Below, piece by piece: positions 39,923-49,480 of a stretch of 64,000 nucleotides of DNA. Location: contig JASMLP010000112.1 of assembly GCA_030748635.1 (NCBI GenBank), forward strand, positions 1,422 to 65,421, given 5' to 3'. The DNA is from Planctomycetota bacterium (lineage in GTDB: Bacteria; Planctomycetota; JACQVV01; JASMLP01). Position 1 is the first letter of the stretch. Every line of letters starts with the position of its first letter. A program made the translations under genes and the position numbers. The notes below the pieces were generated by a model. That model was not told the DNA's origin, did not search any database, and was given only the letters and a program-made list of their open reading frames with translations.

Positions 39923-41935
39923 ATGCCGAAAGCTTTATTCCACCCGGCAGACTCGGAGATTGCGTTGCCTCAATTTGTCGTCATCGAAGGCCCACAAGTG
40001 GGTCGAACCTACGAAGTTTCAGATGGAGACAAAATCGGCACCCACTCGGAGAGTATCATCCTTCTTCCTGAACGAAGATCCCAGGAGCTTCAAGCCCAAA
40101 TCGCCCAGATTCACGGACTTTTTCATATCCGGAATCTGAGTTCAACCATCCCTTTACTCGTCAACGGAGAGATCCTCGAGGAAAGTCCTCTTCATCACGG
40201 CGACATGGTGGTGATGGGAGATCTCATGCTCCTTTTCAACGAGGACCATGATCCCTCTCGAAACCAGCTACAAGATTTCATCTCTAGCGTGGAGTTAGAA
40301 GAAAACTCGATCTCGAGCCGAAGAAAATCTTTCGAAAATTCGAATAGCCTTCTCAACACATTTGTTGGACTGGATCGAGAAGCAGATCGCCTGAAAACAC
40401 TGACCCGAATCAGTCACGTAATCAATTCCATCGTAAAACTGGACGACCTTCTCGAACAGATCCTGAATGTTCTTTTCGAATTACTCCCAGCTGATCGAGG
40501 CTACATCTACCTTCGCGAAGAGGAATCCAGACGACTTCGCCCCATGGCCACCCGATCGAGAGACGGGCTTTCCTCCCGCTCTACAGGACAGATCTCCCGC
40601 ACTTTGATACGCGAAGTGCAACGAACCCGAGAAAGTGTCCTTACCGAAGACGCGATGGATGATGAAAGATTCCTTTCCGGCGAGAGCATCGTTGATCAGC
40701 AAATCCGATCCGCGCTTTGCGTGCCTCTTCTTCACGACCAGGAATTTGTCGGAGTGATCTGCCTGGATACAGCCTACGCATCCCAAGCTTTTTCCGAAGC
40801 GGATCACAAACTTCTGAACATGGTCGCCTATCAAGCCGCTGGCGCGATCCTCAATGTTCAACTGTATGAGCACCGCCGACAGCATGTTCAGAATATCCAC
40901 AAGGTTGCCACAGCCATCACCCGAATTGCTCGTCACCTGAGCACTCGCAATATCCTTCAAGAAGCCGTTCAGCAGCTGCATATTGTATTCGGCGTGGATC
41001 GTTGCTCGATCATGACGTCATCGGATCACAGCGGAGAGACCACACTGCGAATCGAACACGCGATGGGCCTTGACCGCAAGCTCATACGTCGCCAGCAAAC
41101 TCCCTCCGATGAGGGATTGGCCGGTTGGGTTTTCCAGAACAACCGCCCTCTACGCCTTTCGGGACAGACGGCCCCCTCGGACTCGGAGTCTCCTGAGTTC
41201 TCGCCCCCTCCCCCACTGTCTCAACGTCCTCAATACAAAACCGACAGTTGCCTCCTCGTTCCCATCTGCATCCAGGGGGAGAAACCTCATGGAGTTGTAA
41301 ATCTGACCGACAAAAGAGATGGGCGAACCTTTACCGCTAACGACCAGGAAGTTCTCATGATTCTCGCGAATCAGGTCGGCATTGCCCTCCACAACGCCGA
41401 ACTTTACGAACGCGCCACGGTTGACAGCCTCACCCAAGTCTATCTCCGGCGACATTTTTTCCAGCGACTTCAGGAGCTCATCCGAAAAGGACCGCAGTCC
41501 AAGGATCCCTTGATACTGATCATGCTAGATATCGATCACTTCAAGCAGATCAACGATACCTACGGCCACCCAGCCGGAGACCAGGTCCTCAGAGAACTGG
41601 GGCAACTTTTGCGTCAAAATCTCCGCGATGAAGACATTCCGGCGCGTTATGGCGGTGAAGAGTTTGCCATTCTCCTTCGAGGAACGACCTACACGGTTGG
41701 GCAGCAAGTCGCAGAACGGATACGTAGTTCAGCCGAACGATTTAGTTTCAACGCCAAACAGACCCCGATCCAACTCACCGTGAGTATCGGCATCGGGCAG
41801 CGAAATCCGGATGAAAACGCAGAAGCGCTCCTCTCCAAAGTCGACCAGGCTCTTTATCGGGCCAAACGAGGAGGTCGTAACCGAATAGAACAGGCGATTT
41901 CCTCTCCACCGATCCCCGACGCTCCTGAGGCCTGA
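39923..41935 (+). CDS. Diguanylate cyclase: degenerate FHA, GAF, GAF, GGDEF
   Basis: C-terminal DSLTQ, DIDHFKQINDTYGHPAGD, RDED I-site, RYGGEEF, DQALYRAK..GRN; two GAFs (SALCVPL, SCLLVPI); N-terminal FHA-like beta sandwich. Confidence 0.92.
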   Translation: MPKALFHPADSEIALPQFVVIEGPQVGRTYEVSDGDKIGTHSESIILLPERRSQELQAQIAQIHGLFHIRNLSSTIPLLVNGEILEESPLHHGDMVVMGDLMLLFNEDHDPSRNQLQDFISSVELEENSISSRRKSFENSNSLLNTFVGLDREADRLKTLTRISHVINSIVKLDDLLEQILNVLFELLPADRGYIYLREEESRRLRPMATRSRDGLSSRSTGQISRTLIREVQRTRESVLTEDAMDDERFLSGESIVDQQIRSALCVPLLHDQEFVGVICLDTAYASQAFSEADHKLLNMVAYQAAGAILNVQLYEHRRQHVQNIHKVATAITRIARHLSTRNILQEAVQQLHIVFGVDRCSIMTSSDHSGETTLRIEHAMGLDRKLIRRQQTPSDEGLAGWVFQNNRPLRLSGQTAPSDSESPEFSPPPPLSQRPQYKTDSCLLVPICIQGEKPHGVVNLTDKRDGRTFTANDQEVLMILANQVGIALHNAELYERATVDSLTQVYLRRHFFQRLQELIRKGPQSKDPLILIMLDIDHFKQINDTYGHPAGDQVLRELGQLLRQNLRDEDIPARYGGEEFAILLRGTTYTVGQQVAERIRSSAERFSFNAKQTPIQLTVSIGIGQRNPDENAEALLSKVDQALYRAKRGGRNRIEQAISSPPIPDAPEA

Positions 41936-42009
41936 GCCTACCTCGAGGTATTTGAGGCGACGTCACATCCGGTTGTCGAAGAGAAAAGGGTCGACGCGCA
42001 ACCAGTTCA

Positions 42010-45000
42010 TCATCCCCCACCCTGGAAACGGACAATTTCCTCTTCGAACCAGGTCCGATCGAAGTACCAATGGACCGGCCCGAGATCCCTCCCTCTTTCA
42101 GCCCACTCCACTGCACGAGCCTTCTGGCCGAGAACAAAATAAGCTCGAGCTCCCACTCCCCACGCCAACGAAACCGTTTTGTCATACCGCAACGCCTGAG
42201 AGACCAGGTCGAGCGCACTCTCCGGATTCAGGTGCGGGTTTTCCTCGTCGGTCGCGAGCACCAGCGCTTGAAGACAAAGCCCTCGTTTGTCCTGTGGACT
42301 ATGACGATGTCCCTCCCGAAACGCTTTCAAAGCGAGCCCCCATCGCTTCTGAAGAAATCGGACCATTCCCACCCCATAAAATGCGAACGAAACATTTTGC
42401 CCGCCGATCCAAATCGCCTTCTCGAACGCACCGACCGCCTTCTCGAATTGCTTCGATTTCATCCAGGTCTTTCCCAGATGCAACCAGGCAAAAAAGTCCT
42501 CTCGATCCGTCTCCAAAACACGTTTGAAGTCCCTCTCTGCATCCTCGAAACGCCCCATCATTTCAAAGGTCAATCCCCTGAAGTAATAGGACTTACGTTC
42601 ATAGGGCTTACGTACGATTTCCTTCTCGAAATGGAGCAGAGCCCGTTCATAGTTTTTCTGATAGAGATGGTACAGACCCAACACAACCTGCAAACGAGGA
42701 ATTGAACCGCCTCCCGCGGACTCGATCAGTCCCAAGAAGCCGCGTAAGCGGGAGAGAAAAACCTCCAATTCTTCCCGAGTGATTCCAAACCGTTGCGCGT
42801 CGACTCGTTGCTGAATACCAAACTCGAGGAAACTGCCCACAATATCTGGATCGATTTCATAGGCTTCATTCAGATCGCTAAACGCTTCTTCAAACCCTTT
42901 TTGCCTCCCTTCGGCCAGGGCGAGAAGCATGCGGGCCAACCCACGATTAATCCAGCTGTAAACATGATTGGGGTCGGCTTCAATCGATCTCGAATAATCA
43001 GAAATGGCAGTCCGCAGATTCTGATCCGCCGAACTCACATGATGTTTGTGATAGAAAAGAAAAAGATTTCCCCGAACGAAATAGGCCCGGGACCGCTTTG
43101 CATCCAAAGCCAGGGCATCGTTAAGATGCAACCGTATCTGCTCCAACACCTTCATCTGAGGAGAAGAAAGTGTTGTCTCACTAAGATGCTTCCAGTACAG
43201 GGATTGCGCGCATAGGAAGTGAGATCTCGAGTCTTCAGACTGGAATCGCGTCGCGACTCGAAGATGGTCTGAATACGCCTTTGCGTATTTTTTCATGTCC
43301 ATATATATCCTTCCACGAATCCTGTACGCCTCCCAGTAAAATCCATCCAATTCAATCGACTTGGCCAACCAGCCTAGCGCCTCTTCTCTCTGTCCAGTCG
43401 AAGCCAGAGCTCGAGCCATTCCGCAATAGCCTTTCGGGTCTTCTGGTTTCAATTCGATCGCCTTGGCAAACTCCTTTCTTGCCGATTCGAATTCAAACCT
43501 TTCTAGGCTTGTTTCTCCGAGCGCGAGATGAGTCTGAAAGCGAGTATCCTCCAGACCTTCTTCAGAAGAAGTGGAAGAGGATTCTGTACCGCCAGACTCC
43601 GAAGAGCCTGGAGATGTATCCAAATCCATTTCACGGTCGAACCCAAAAAAGTAATAGGACACCCCAAAGAGGGCCATCAACAAGAAGACAGCCAGACCAG
43701 GAATCAACCCGGGAGCGGACCGAACAATACGCCTCCTCCATCCAGGAAGACGTGCCTCTGGGTCCTTGCCACGCGTCACACTGGACAGATCCTCCGCCAA
43801 CGCCCTGGCGCTGCGGTATCGATTCCGTGGGGCTTTTTCAATCGCCTTGAGAACAATCGCCGAAAGCGACTTGGTCACATCTGGATTCTTGCGATGGGGT
43901 GGACGAGGATCCACATGAAGAATCTGGTGATACACCTCGATGGGATTCTCTCCGGGAAATGGATAGTCCCCGGTAAGTCCTTGATAAAGAATCACCCCCA
44001 AGCTCCAAACATCACTGCGACGATCAATGGCCGCCACCCGCCCCAGGACCTGCTCCGGCGGCATATAGTAGGGAGTTCCTATATCCACTCCAGACTGGGA
44101 AAGATCTTGCCCCTCCAGATTTTTCGCCAGACCGAAATCCGTAATTCTTGGCGTACCGGTTCCATCCAAGATCACATTTGAAGGGGTCAGATCTCGATGA
44201 ATGATTCCTCTGCGATGCGCATGATCGATAGCTCTTGCAACTTCCTCGATACGCGCCACCAGTTGACTCACATCCAAAGAGTGATCCTCAAAATGTTCGC
44301 CTAAAGATCGTCCCTCGACATAATCCATCACAATATAGTTTTGCCCTGCATGCACGCCCACATCATGAATCTTCACGATATGTGGATGCGACAACCGCGC
44401 CGTGGCTCTCGCCTCTCGACGAAAACGCTCCACGGATTCGCTAGAAAGGCTACGATCCGAGTGAAGAATCTTGATCGCCACAGTTCGATCCAACGCGCTG
44501 TGTTGCGCACGAAACACCGTCCCGGAACTTCCCGAGGCGATCTCTTCAATCAGTTCGTAATCACCAACAAACCCTGAATTCTTGAACGAGTTGACCCCCT
44601 GCCGATCCTCACTCCAGTCACTGACCACACTCTCAGCCGACCGAGAGATCTTTCCGGTCTCTTCGACCACGAGATCCTCACCACACCGTCGGCACTCGTA
44701 AACCCGATCTGCCCGATATCTACGCGAATTAAATCTTTTGCCACAAGCCGAACAGACCAGCACCACCCCTTGCCCAACCTGCAAAACTTTCAACAGATCC
44801 GGAACACGAAGGACCCCTTCTCGTATCAGAACCTGAGCCAACCGGACCGTTTGCCCCTTTGGACTCCTTTCCTTTTGGACCCTCAATGCGTGAGCTAGGT
44901 TATCCGCCGAAAGGACCCCCATCCGAACCGCTCGCCGCCCAATCTCGAGATCTTCCGCGCGCTCCGCTTCTTTTTCGCCCTTTCGGAGTAAATTCTTTTT

Positions 45001-45186
45001 GCGTAATTTCTGAAGCCGAGCCAACTGCTCTGGAGTAATCAATCCCCGCTTGAGGAAAAGATCCCCCAGAGGAGTTTGTTCGCCATCTTCCTGGAATTTG
45101 CGACATTCAGTCACATCCTCCTTGGTAACGTAACCCAGGCGAACCGCCAGGCGTCCGATCAAAATCTCTCCGGCAGATTCGGTCAT
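42010..45186 (-). CDS. Receptor-type Ser/Thr kinase: MshEN-like repeats, Zn ribbon, kinase, TM, TPRs
   Basis: VAIK, HRDLTPSN, DFG, GTPYYMPPE; CSAC/CRRC; TM LAVFLLMALFGVSYYFF; TPRs. Confidence 0.92.
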   Translation of the reverse strand: MTESAGEILIGRLAVRLGYVTKEDVTECRKFQEDGEQTPLGDLFLKRGLITPEQLARLQKLRKKNLLRKGEKEAERAEDLEIGRRAVRMGVLSADNLAHALRVQKERSPKGQTVRLAQVLIREGVLRVPDLLKVLQVGQGVVLVCSACGKRFNSRRYRADRVYECRRCGEDLVVEETGKISRSAESVVSDWSEDRQGVNSFKNSGFVGDYELIEEIASGSSGTVFRAQHSALDRTVAIKILHSDRSLSSESVERFRREARATARLSHPHIVKIHDVGVHAGQNYIVMDYVEGRSLGEHFEDHSLDVSQLVARIEEVARAIDHAHRRGIIHRDLTPSNVILDGTGTPRITDFGLAKNLEGQDLSQSGVDIGTPYYMPPEQVLGRVAAIDRRSDVWSLGVILYQGLTGDYPFPGENPIEVYHQILHVDPRPPHRKNPDVTKSLSAIVLKAIEKAPRNRYRSARALAEDLSSVTRGKDPEARLPGWRRRIVRSAPGLIPGLAVFLLMALFGVSYYFFGFDREMDLDTSPGSSESGGTESSSTSSEEGLEDTRFQTHLALGETSLERFEFESARKEFAKAIELKPEDPKGYCGMARALASTGQREEALGWLAKSIELDGFYWEAYRIRGRIYMDMKKYAKAYSDHLRVATRFQSEDSRSHFLCAQSLYWKHLSETTLSSPQMKVLEQIRLHLNDALALDAKRSRAYFVRGNLFLFYHKHHVSSADQNLRTAISDYSRSIEADPNHVYSWINRGLARMLLALAEGRQKGFEEAFSDLNEAYEIDPDIVGSFLEFGIQQRVDAQRFGITREELEVFLSRLRGFLGLIESAGGGSIPRLQVVLGLYHLYQKNYERALLHFEKEIVRKPYERKSYYFRGLTFEMMGRFEDAERDFKRVLETDREDFFAWLHLGKTWMKSKQFEKAVGAFEKAIWIGGQNVSFAFYGVGMVRFLQKRWGLALKAFREGHRHSPQDKRGLCLQALVLATDEENPHLNPESALDLVSQALRYDKTVSLAWGVGARAYFVLGQKARAVEWAERGRDLGPVHWYFDRTWFEEEIVRFQGGG

Positions 45187-45192
45187 ATGGAT

Positions 45193-46467
45193 CTACCGAA
45201 AGAAGAGAAGGCGGAGAAGAAGTAAAACCAAGATGGCCAGAAGGGGGAAGAGAACCCAGCGAAAAAGTGGCCAGCCGAGTAACACATAAAATTCGTTTTT
45301 AAGTGTTACCAGAACCCGATCCCCTTCGCTCTGAAGCTCCAGAATTTCGTAGTGATTACGAGCTTTTGTCAGATCTCTCACCAACGCCTGGGCAGTGGGA
45401 TAGCGACTGTCGGGATCCTTCTCCAGACAACGAGCGACTAATAAACCGATTTGGGGTGGCAAGTCAGGACGCATCGCCGACAACGGTTTAGGCGGTACAT
45501 TGAGTGCCAACTCGATCGTCTCATAGGGTGTCTCCCCACGAAAAGGAGGGATCCCCGCCAGCATTTCATACAACAAAACACCGAGGCTGTAGAGATCCGA
45601 TCGCGCTTCAGCCTCTCCCCCCCCTAACTGCTCCGGTGACATGTACTCGACCGTCCCGGTCATAGCTTCCGCCCCGGTTTCCTCCACCGTTTCACCCAAC
45701 ATCCGAGCCAAACCGAAATGAGCCAGCATCACCCGCCAGGGGGTCACTTGAACGTTTTCAGGTTTGACATCTTGATGCAACACTCCACGTTCATGTGCGT
45801 AGTGAAGAGCCCTGGCACAGGAAAGAGCGATCCCAAGGGCATTTCGAACTTCCAGCGGCTCCCCGGGCTCCTGATATTCAGAGAGGGTCATCGCCTCTTC
45901 GATCCATTCCATCGTGAAGTAGAGCAAAGACTCATCCGAGCCGAAATCGAGAATTGTGGGAATACTGGCATGATTGAGAGTGGCCAAAGTTTTCAGGGAG
46001 GAGAGGAAGCGCTCCCGGACCTCAGGGTGGCCTCGAACAAGACTGGGAGGGAGAAGCTTCAATGCCACCGAACGACGAAGCGGAATCTGCTGTACCTGAT
46101 AGAACTCCCCCACACTTCCATGCTCGATCGAAGACTCGATGCGGTAGTCAGCCAGGATCCCATCCAGTCGCTTCCGAAGAAGATCGGCCCCAAAGGAGAA
46201 CCATGTCAGACCGATTCGGAAGTGATCCCCCGGCTCGACCGCGACTTTTCCGGCAATCTTGGATCCATTGAGACTGGTTCCATTTTTGGAGTCCAGATCT
46301 TCGAGCACATACCCGCCATCACCGCAAAGGATTCGACAGTGACGACGACTCGCTTTTTCATCCGCAATCGGCACCTCGACCTGGGGGTCACGACCGATCG
46401 TTCCACTTTCCTCGATAACAAAGGTGGAGCCTTTACCCTCACCCCGTTCGATCCGGAGCAGCGGCAT
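45193..46467 (-). CDS. FHA-domain kinase-like protein (probable pseudokinase) with C-terminal TM
   Basis: FHA IGRD..ASRRH..SKNGT; kinase VALK, HQDVKPEN, HFG in place of DFG, GTVEYMSPE. Confidence 0.88.
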   Translation of the reverse strand: MPLLRIERGEGKGSTFVIEESGTIGRDPQVEVPIADEKASRRHCRILCGDGGYVLEDLDSKNGTSLNGSKIAGKVAVEPGDHFRIGLTWFSFGADLLRKRLDGILADYRIESSIEHGSVGEFYQVQQIPLRRSVALKLLPPSLVRGHPEVRERFLSSLKTLATLNHASIPTILDFGSDESLLYFTMEWIEEAMTLSEYQEPGEPLEVRNALGIALSCARALHYAHERGVLHQDVKPENVQVTPWRVMLAHFGLARMLGETVEETGAEAMTGTVEYMSPEQLGGGEAEARSDLYSLGVLLYEMLAGIPPFRGETPYETIELALNVPPKPLSAMRPDLPPQIGLLVARCLEKDPDSRYPTAQALVRDLTKARNHYEILELQSEGDRVLVTLKNEFYVLLGWPLFRWVLFPLLAILVLLLLRLLFFR

Positions 46468-46472
46468 ACAAC

Positions 46473-47573
46473 TTAGCCCTCGCTCAAAATCGAAGCCGAC
46501 TTAACCCGAACGAGAAAGCCTCGTAAATCGTCGTAAGCCTCGCCGCTACGCTCGAACTCCTCGAACGGCAAGACCTCGGGAGCCCCCGAGTCCATGGACG
46601 AAAAAAGCACGAGAATTCCCGCGAGCAGGATCAACGCGGCCAAAACCAACGGCCCTGCCAGTTCCCTGATGTTCAGTTGCTCGCGAACCATAAATTCAAA
46701 TCGGGAAAGACTTTGGTCTTCTAATCGACTCGAGAGGAAAACACGACACCGATCCAGATCATCCATCAACTCTTCATCATTCTGATAGCGATTCACCCGA
46801 TCGGGACGCATACACTTATCGATAATCTTTACGATTGGAGACGGAACATCGGGGGCCAGTTCCAGAATCGCCCGAGGCTGCTCTTCGCGAGGCAGTTTTT
46901 TCAGATTCATTCGCTGCAGAATCATCTCCTTTTTCGAAGAAGCCCGGAACGGCTTGACTCCCGCGAACAAATTGTACATGACAGCCCCAAGACTGAAGAT
47001 GTCACTTCGCAGGTCCACCTTTTCTCCCCGCGCCTGCTCTGGACTCATGAAAGGGGCGCTTCCGACGATAACTCCAACCCGAGTAATGTCACGCCCCTCA
47101 TCCATTTTGGCTATCCCAAAATCGAGCATGTGCGCATCCCCTTCAGGATCGATCATGATGTTCGAGGGCTTGATATCACGGTGAACAATTCCATGCCGAT
47201 GGGCCAAGGCCATGGCACTCGCCAGTTGAGTAAAAATCCGCAACTTCCCCTCGAGAGTCGACGCCCCCCCCTCGATCACCTCATCCAGAGGAGCCCCCTC
47301 CACATACTGCATGACGAAGTAGATCAGCGCGTCTTGAGAATCGATATCGTAAATCGTCGCGATATGAGGGTGAAACAACTTGGCCGCCGACCTCGCCTCG
47401 GTCTTGAAGCGCTTCACCTTCGCATCATCCTCCTGAGCTTTTTCTGGAGGCAAAACTTTCAAGGCAACCGTTCGCCCCAGAACATCTTGCTTCGCCCGGA
47501 ATACCGCTCCCATCGAACCGTGCCCAATGAGTTCTTCGATTTCATACTTTCCCAGGCGCCGAGGGATTTGCAT
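46473..47573 (-). CDS. Membrane-anchored Ser/Thr kinase
   Basis: GHGSMG, VALK, HRDIKPSN, DFG, GSAPFMSPE; one TM. Confidence 0.93.
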   Translation of the reverse strand: MQIPRRLGKYEIEELIGHGSMGAVFRAKQDVLGRTVALKVLPPEKAQEDDAKVKRFKTEARSAAKLFHPHIATIYDIDSQDALIYFVMQYVEGAPLDEVIEGGASTLEGKLRIFTQLASAMALAHRHGIVHRDIKPSNIMIDPEGDAHMLDFGIAKMDEGRDITRVGVIVGSAPFMSPEQARGEKVDLRSDIFSLGAVMYNLFAGVKPFRASSKKEMILQRMNLKKLPREEQPRAILELAPDVPSPIVKIIDKCMRPDRVNRYQNDEELMDDLDRCRVFLSSRLEDQSLSRFEFMVREQLNIRELAGPLVLAALILLAGILVLFSSMDSGAPEVLPFEEFERSGEAYDDLRGFLVRVKSASILSEG

Positions 47574-47596
47574 CAGATGGTGGCTCCAGCCTTCAT

Positions 47597-49480
47597 TTAC
47601 TTCCCCTCCAGCAATTTAACCGCCTTCTTCCAACTATCATTGCGTCGGGAAAGGTAGGTTTTGATCAAACTACACCCGACCCGGTCATTCTCGTCGAATC
47701 GACCTCCGTACTTGTGATTTTGGGCCGTCGTCACGATTTCAGAGGCCACCTTCTCCAATTCGGTAGCGAACATGCGCTTCACTGATCCACGAGACATCTC
47801 ATACTCAACCGTCTTTTCGTAACTGCGAAGGGCCTTCTCGTAGCTTTGCTTACGTAGGTGATCCACGGTTTCCTGGAAAAATTTCTGGCGCAAATCCTCG
47901 ATCGAACGCTCCACCTCCCGACGGATTTCTCGCGCCTTGGTCACATAGGTACTTGATGAGGATTTGTCGTGTTTGAGGATCGTATCGCATTCCATCAGAA
48001 TCCTCTTGTACCGAAGCCCCTCGACAGGAGTTGTTGATCGGCGATAAGCGTCCATATCCCCAGAAGCTCTGGAATAGGCCTCTCTGACAACCTCATACTT
48101 TTTCAGCAAACCTTTAAGCCTCGACACCGCTTCCGGGTGATCCCGAGAATCTTCCATCAATCGTTCCATATCTCGAATCGCTTTATCCACTCGTCCCCGC
48201 AAGTAGACCTCCTCGATCCTCTCTACCTTTTCCTGGATCTGAATACGAACCAGAAGTCGGTTAGCTTCCGCATAGTAGAGACTTTCACTATCGATCAATC
48301 GAAAAGACGTTGTCGCCTTGGGATATTCTCCCCGCCCGTACGCCTGCTCTCCCTCCTGAAACTTCTGAAAGTCATCCAGATGGCGAACATACTTGCGCAA
48401 CAAACGTTCTAGGTCTCGATTCTCTCGGGTAAGCGAATACGCCTGAGCGCGCTTGATATTCTCGACTGAAACCACCCAGAATGCCCCGCTCTCCTTGAAG
48501 TCTCCGGACTGAATGGCATCGACAGCTAAACTTTCGCTCGTCTTCGCGTCTTCCTTGGCATTTCGAATCAATTTCTCGGAAAGATCAATGAACTGCCGAC
48601 GTACCAGGCGAAAGATCTCGGTATCTCCATATCGCCTTTCAGCCCGCTTCAGATCGGCATACTTCTGTTCGTCGTCAGCCTTTTCGAGAAAGAAACTGGA
48701 GATCAATTCACAGCACTCTCCATTTTCACGTGTCTTCTTGACGATATCGGACAAAAAGGTCTTGTACAGCTTGCTCTTGGGAGCGACCGGGATCAATTTC
48801 CCATAAGCTTCAACCAACTGTTCCCACGGGAAATTGGTTGGATCACTATTTTCCAATCGCAAATTGCAGATCTGGAGAAAGAGGTTAGGAGCCGGGTATT
48901 TATTCCCGTAAAGCTTCTTGGCTTTACGAAACGTTGTAAAAGAGGTTTCCAGGTCCTGATCTAGATACTGTTGAAGCCCCTTCTCCATCAAAACTTCGTA
49001 GCGAACCACCCGACCGGGAGCTTCCGGGCCACTTTCGGCACCTCCCGCGGCAAAAAGCAAAATAGTCAGAACAACCGCTAGACCGCCGCCTACGCTTCCG
49101 ATCAGGGTCCAGTTCACGGACCGCGGCACATCGAAATCGAAACGGAGGTGAATCTTCCCCAGGAGAATCCGGTCCTTTTCCTGAAGGCGCTTTTTGACCA
49201 CTCTCTCCCCGTTCACGAAGGTCCCGTTGGTACTGCCAAGATCCTTGAGATACCAACCATCTTCCTGCCGAATAAATTCGCAATGAAAGCTAGAAATACC
49301 GTCTGTTTCGAAAACGAAGTGATTGGCATCGTTGTTTCCAGCGGTATAGCGTTCACCTGTCATACGATGAACCGTCCGTGAAGCCCCACCAAGAACGGTG
49401 AGAACGCCACCGGGAATAGCCGATGTCGGTTCTTCCGGGCCGATTCCTACCCCTGGCACCGGTCTCCCTGAAATCGCCAT
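47597..49480 (-). CDS. FHA-TM protein with TPR-like extracytoplasmic region
   Basis: FHA ISSFH...DLGSTNGTFVNG; TM; helical repeats. Confidence 0.85.
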   Translation of the reverse strand: MAISGRPVPGVGIGPEEPTSAIPGGVLTVLGGASRTVHRMTGERYTAGNNDANHFVFETDGISSFHCEFIRQEDGWYLKDLGSTNGTFVNGERVVKKRLQEKDRILLGKIHLRFDFDVPRSVNWTLIGSVGGGLAVVLTILLFAAGGAESGPEAPGRVVRYEVLMEKGLQQYLDQDLETSFTTFRKAKKLYGNKYPAPNLFLQICNLRLENSDPTNFPWEQLVEAYGKLIPVAPKSKLYKTFLSDIVKKTRENGECCELISSFFLEKADDEQKYADLKRAERRYGDTEIFRLVRRQFIDLSEKLIRNAKEDAKTSESLAVDAIQSGDFKESGAFWVVSVENIKRAQAYSLTRENRDLERLLRKYVRHLDDFQKFQEGEQAYGRGEYPKATTSFRLIDSESLYYAEANRLLVRIQIQEKVERIEEVYLRGRVDKAIRDMERLMEDSRDHPEAVSRLKGLLKKYEVVREAYSRASGDMDAYRRSTTPVEGLRYKRILMECDTILKHDKSSSSTYVTKAREIRREVERSIEDLRQKFFQETVDHLRKQSYEKALRSYEKTVEYEMSRGSVKRMFATELEKVASEIVTTAQNHKYGGRFDENDRVGCSLIKTYLSRRNDSWKKAVKLLEGK

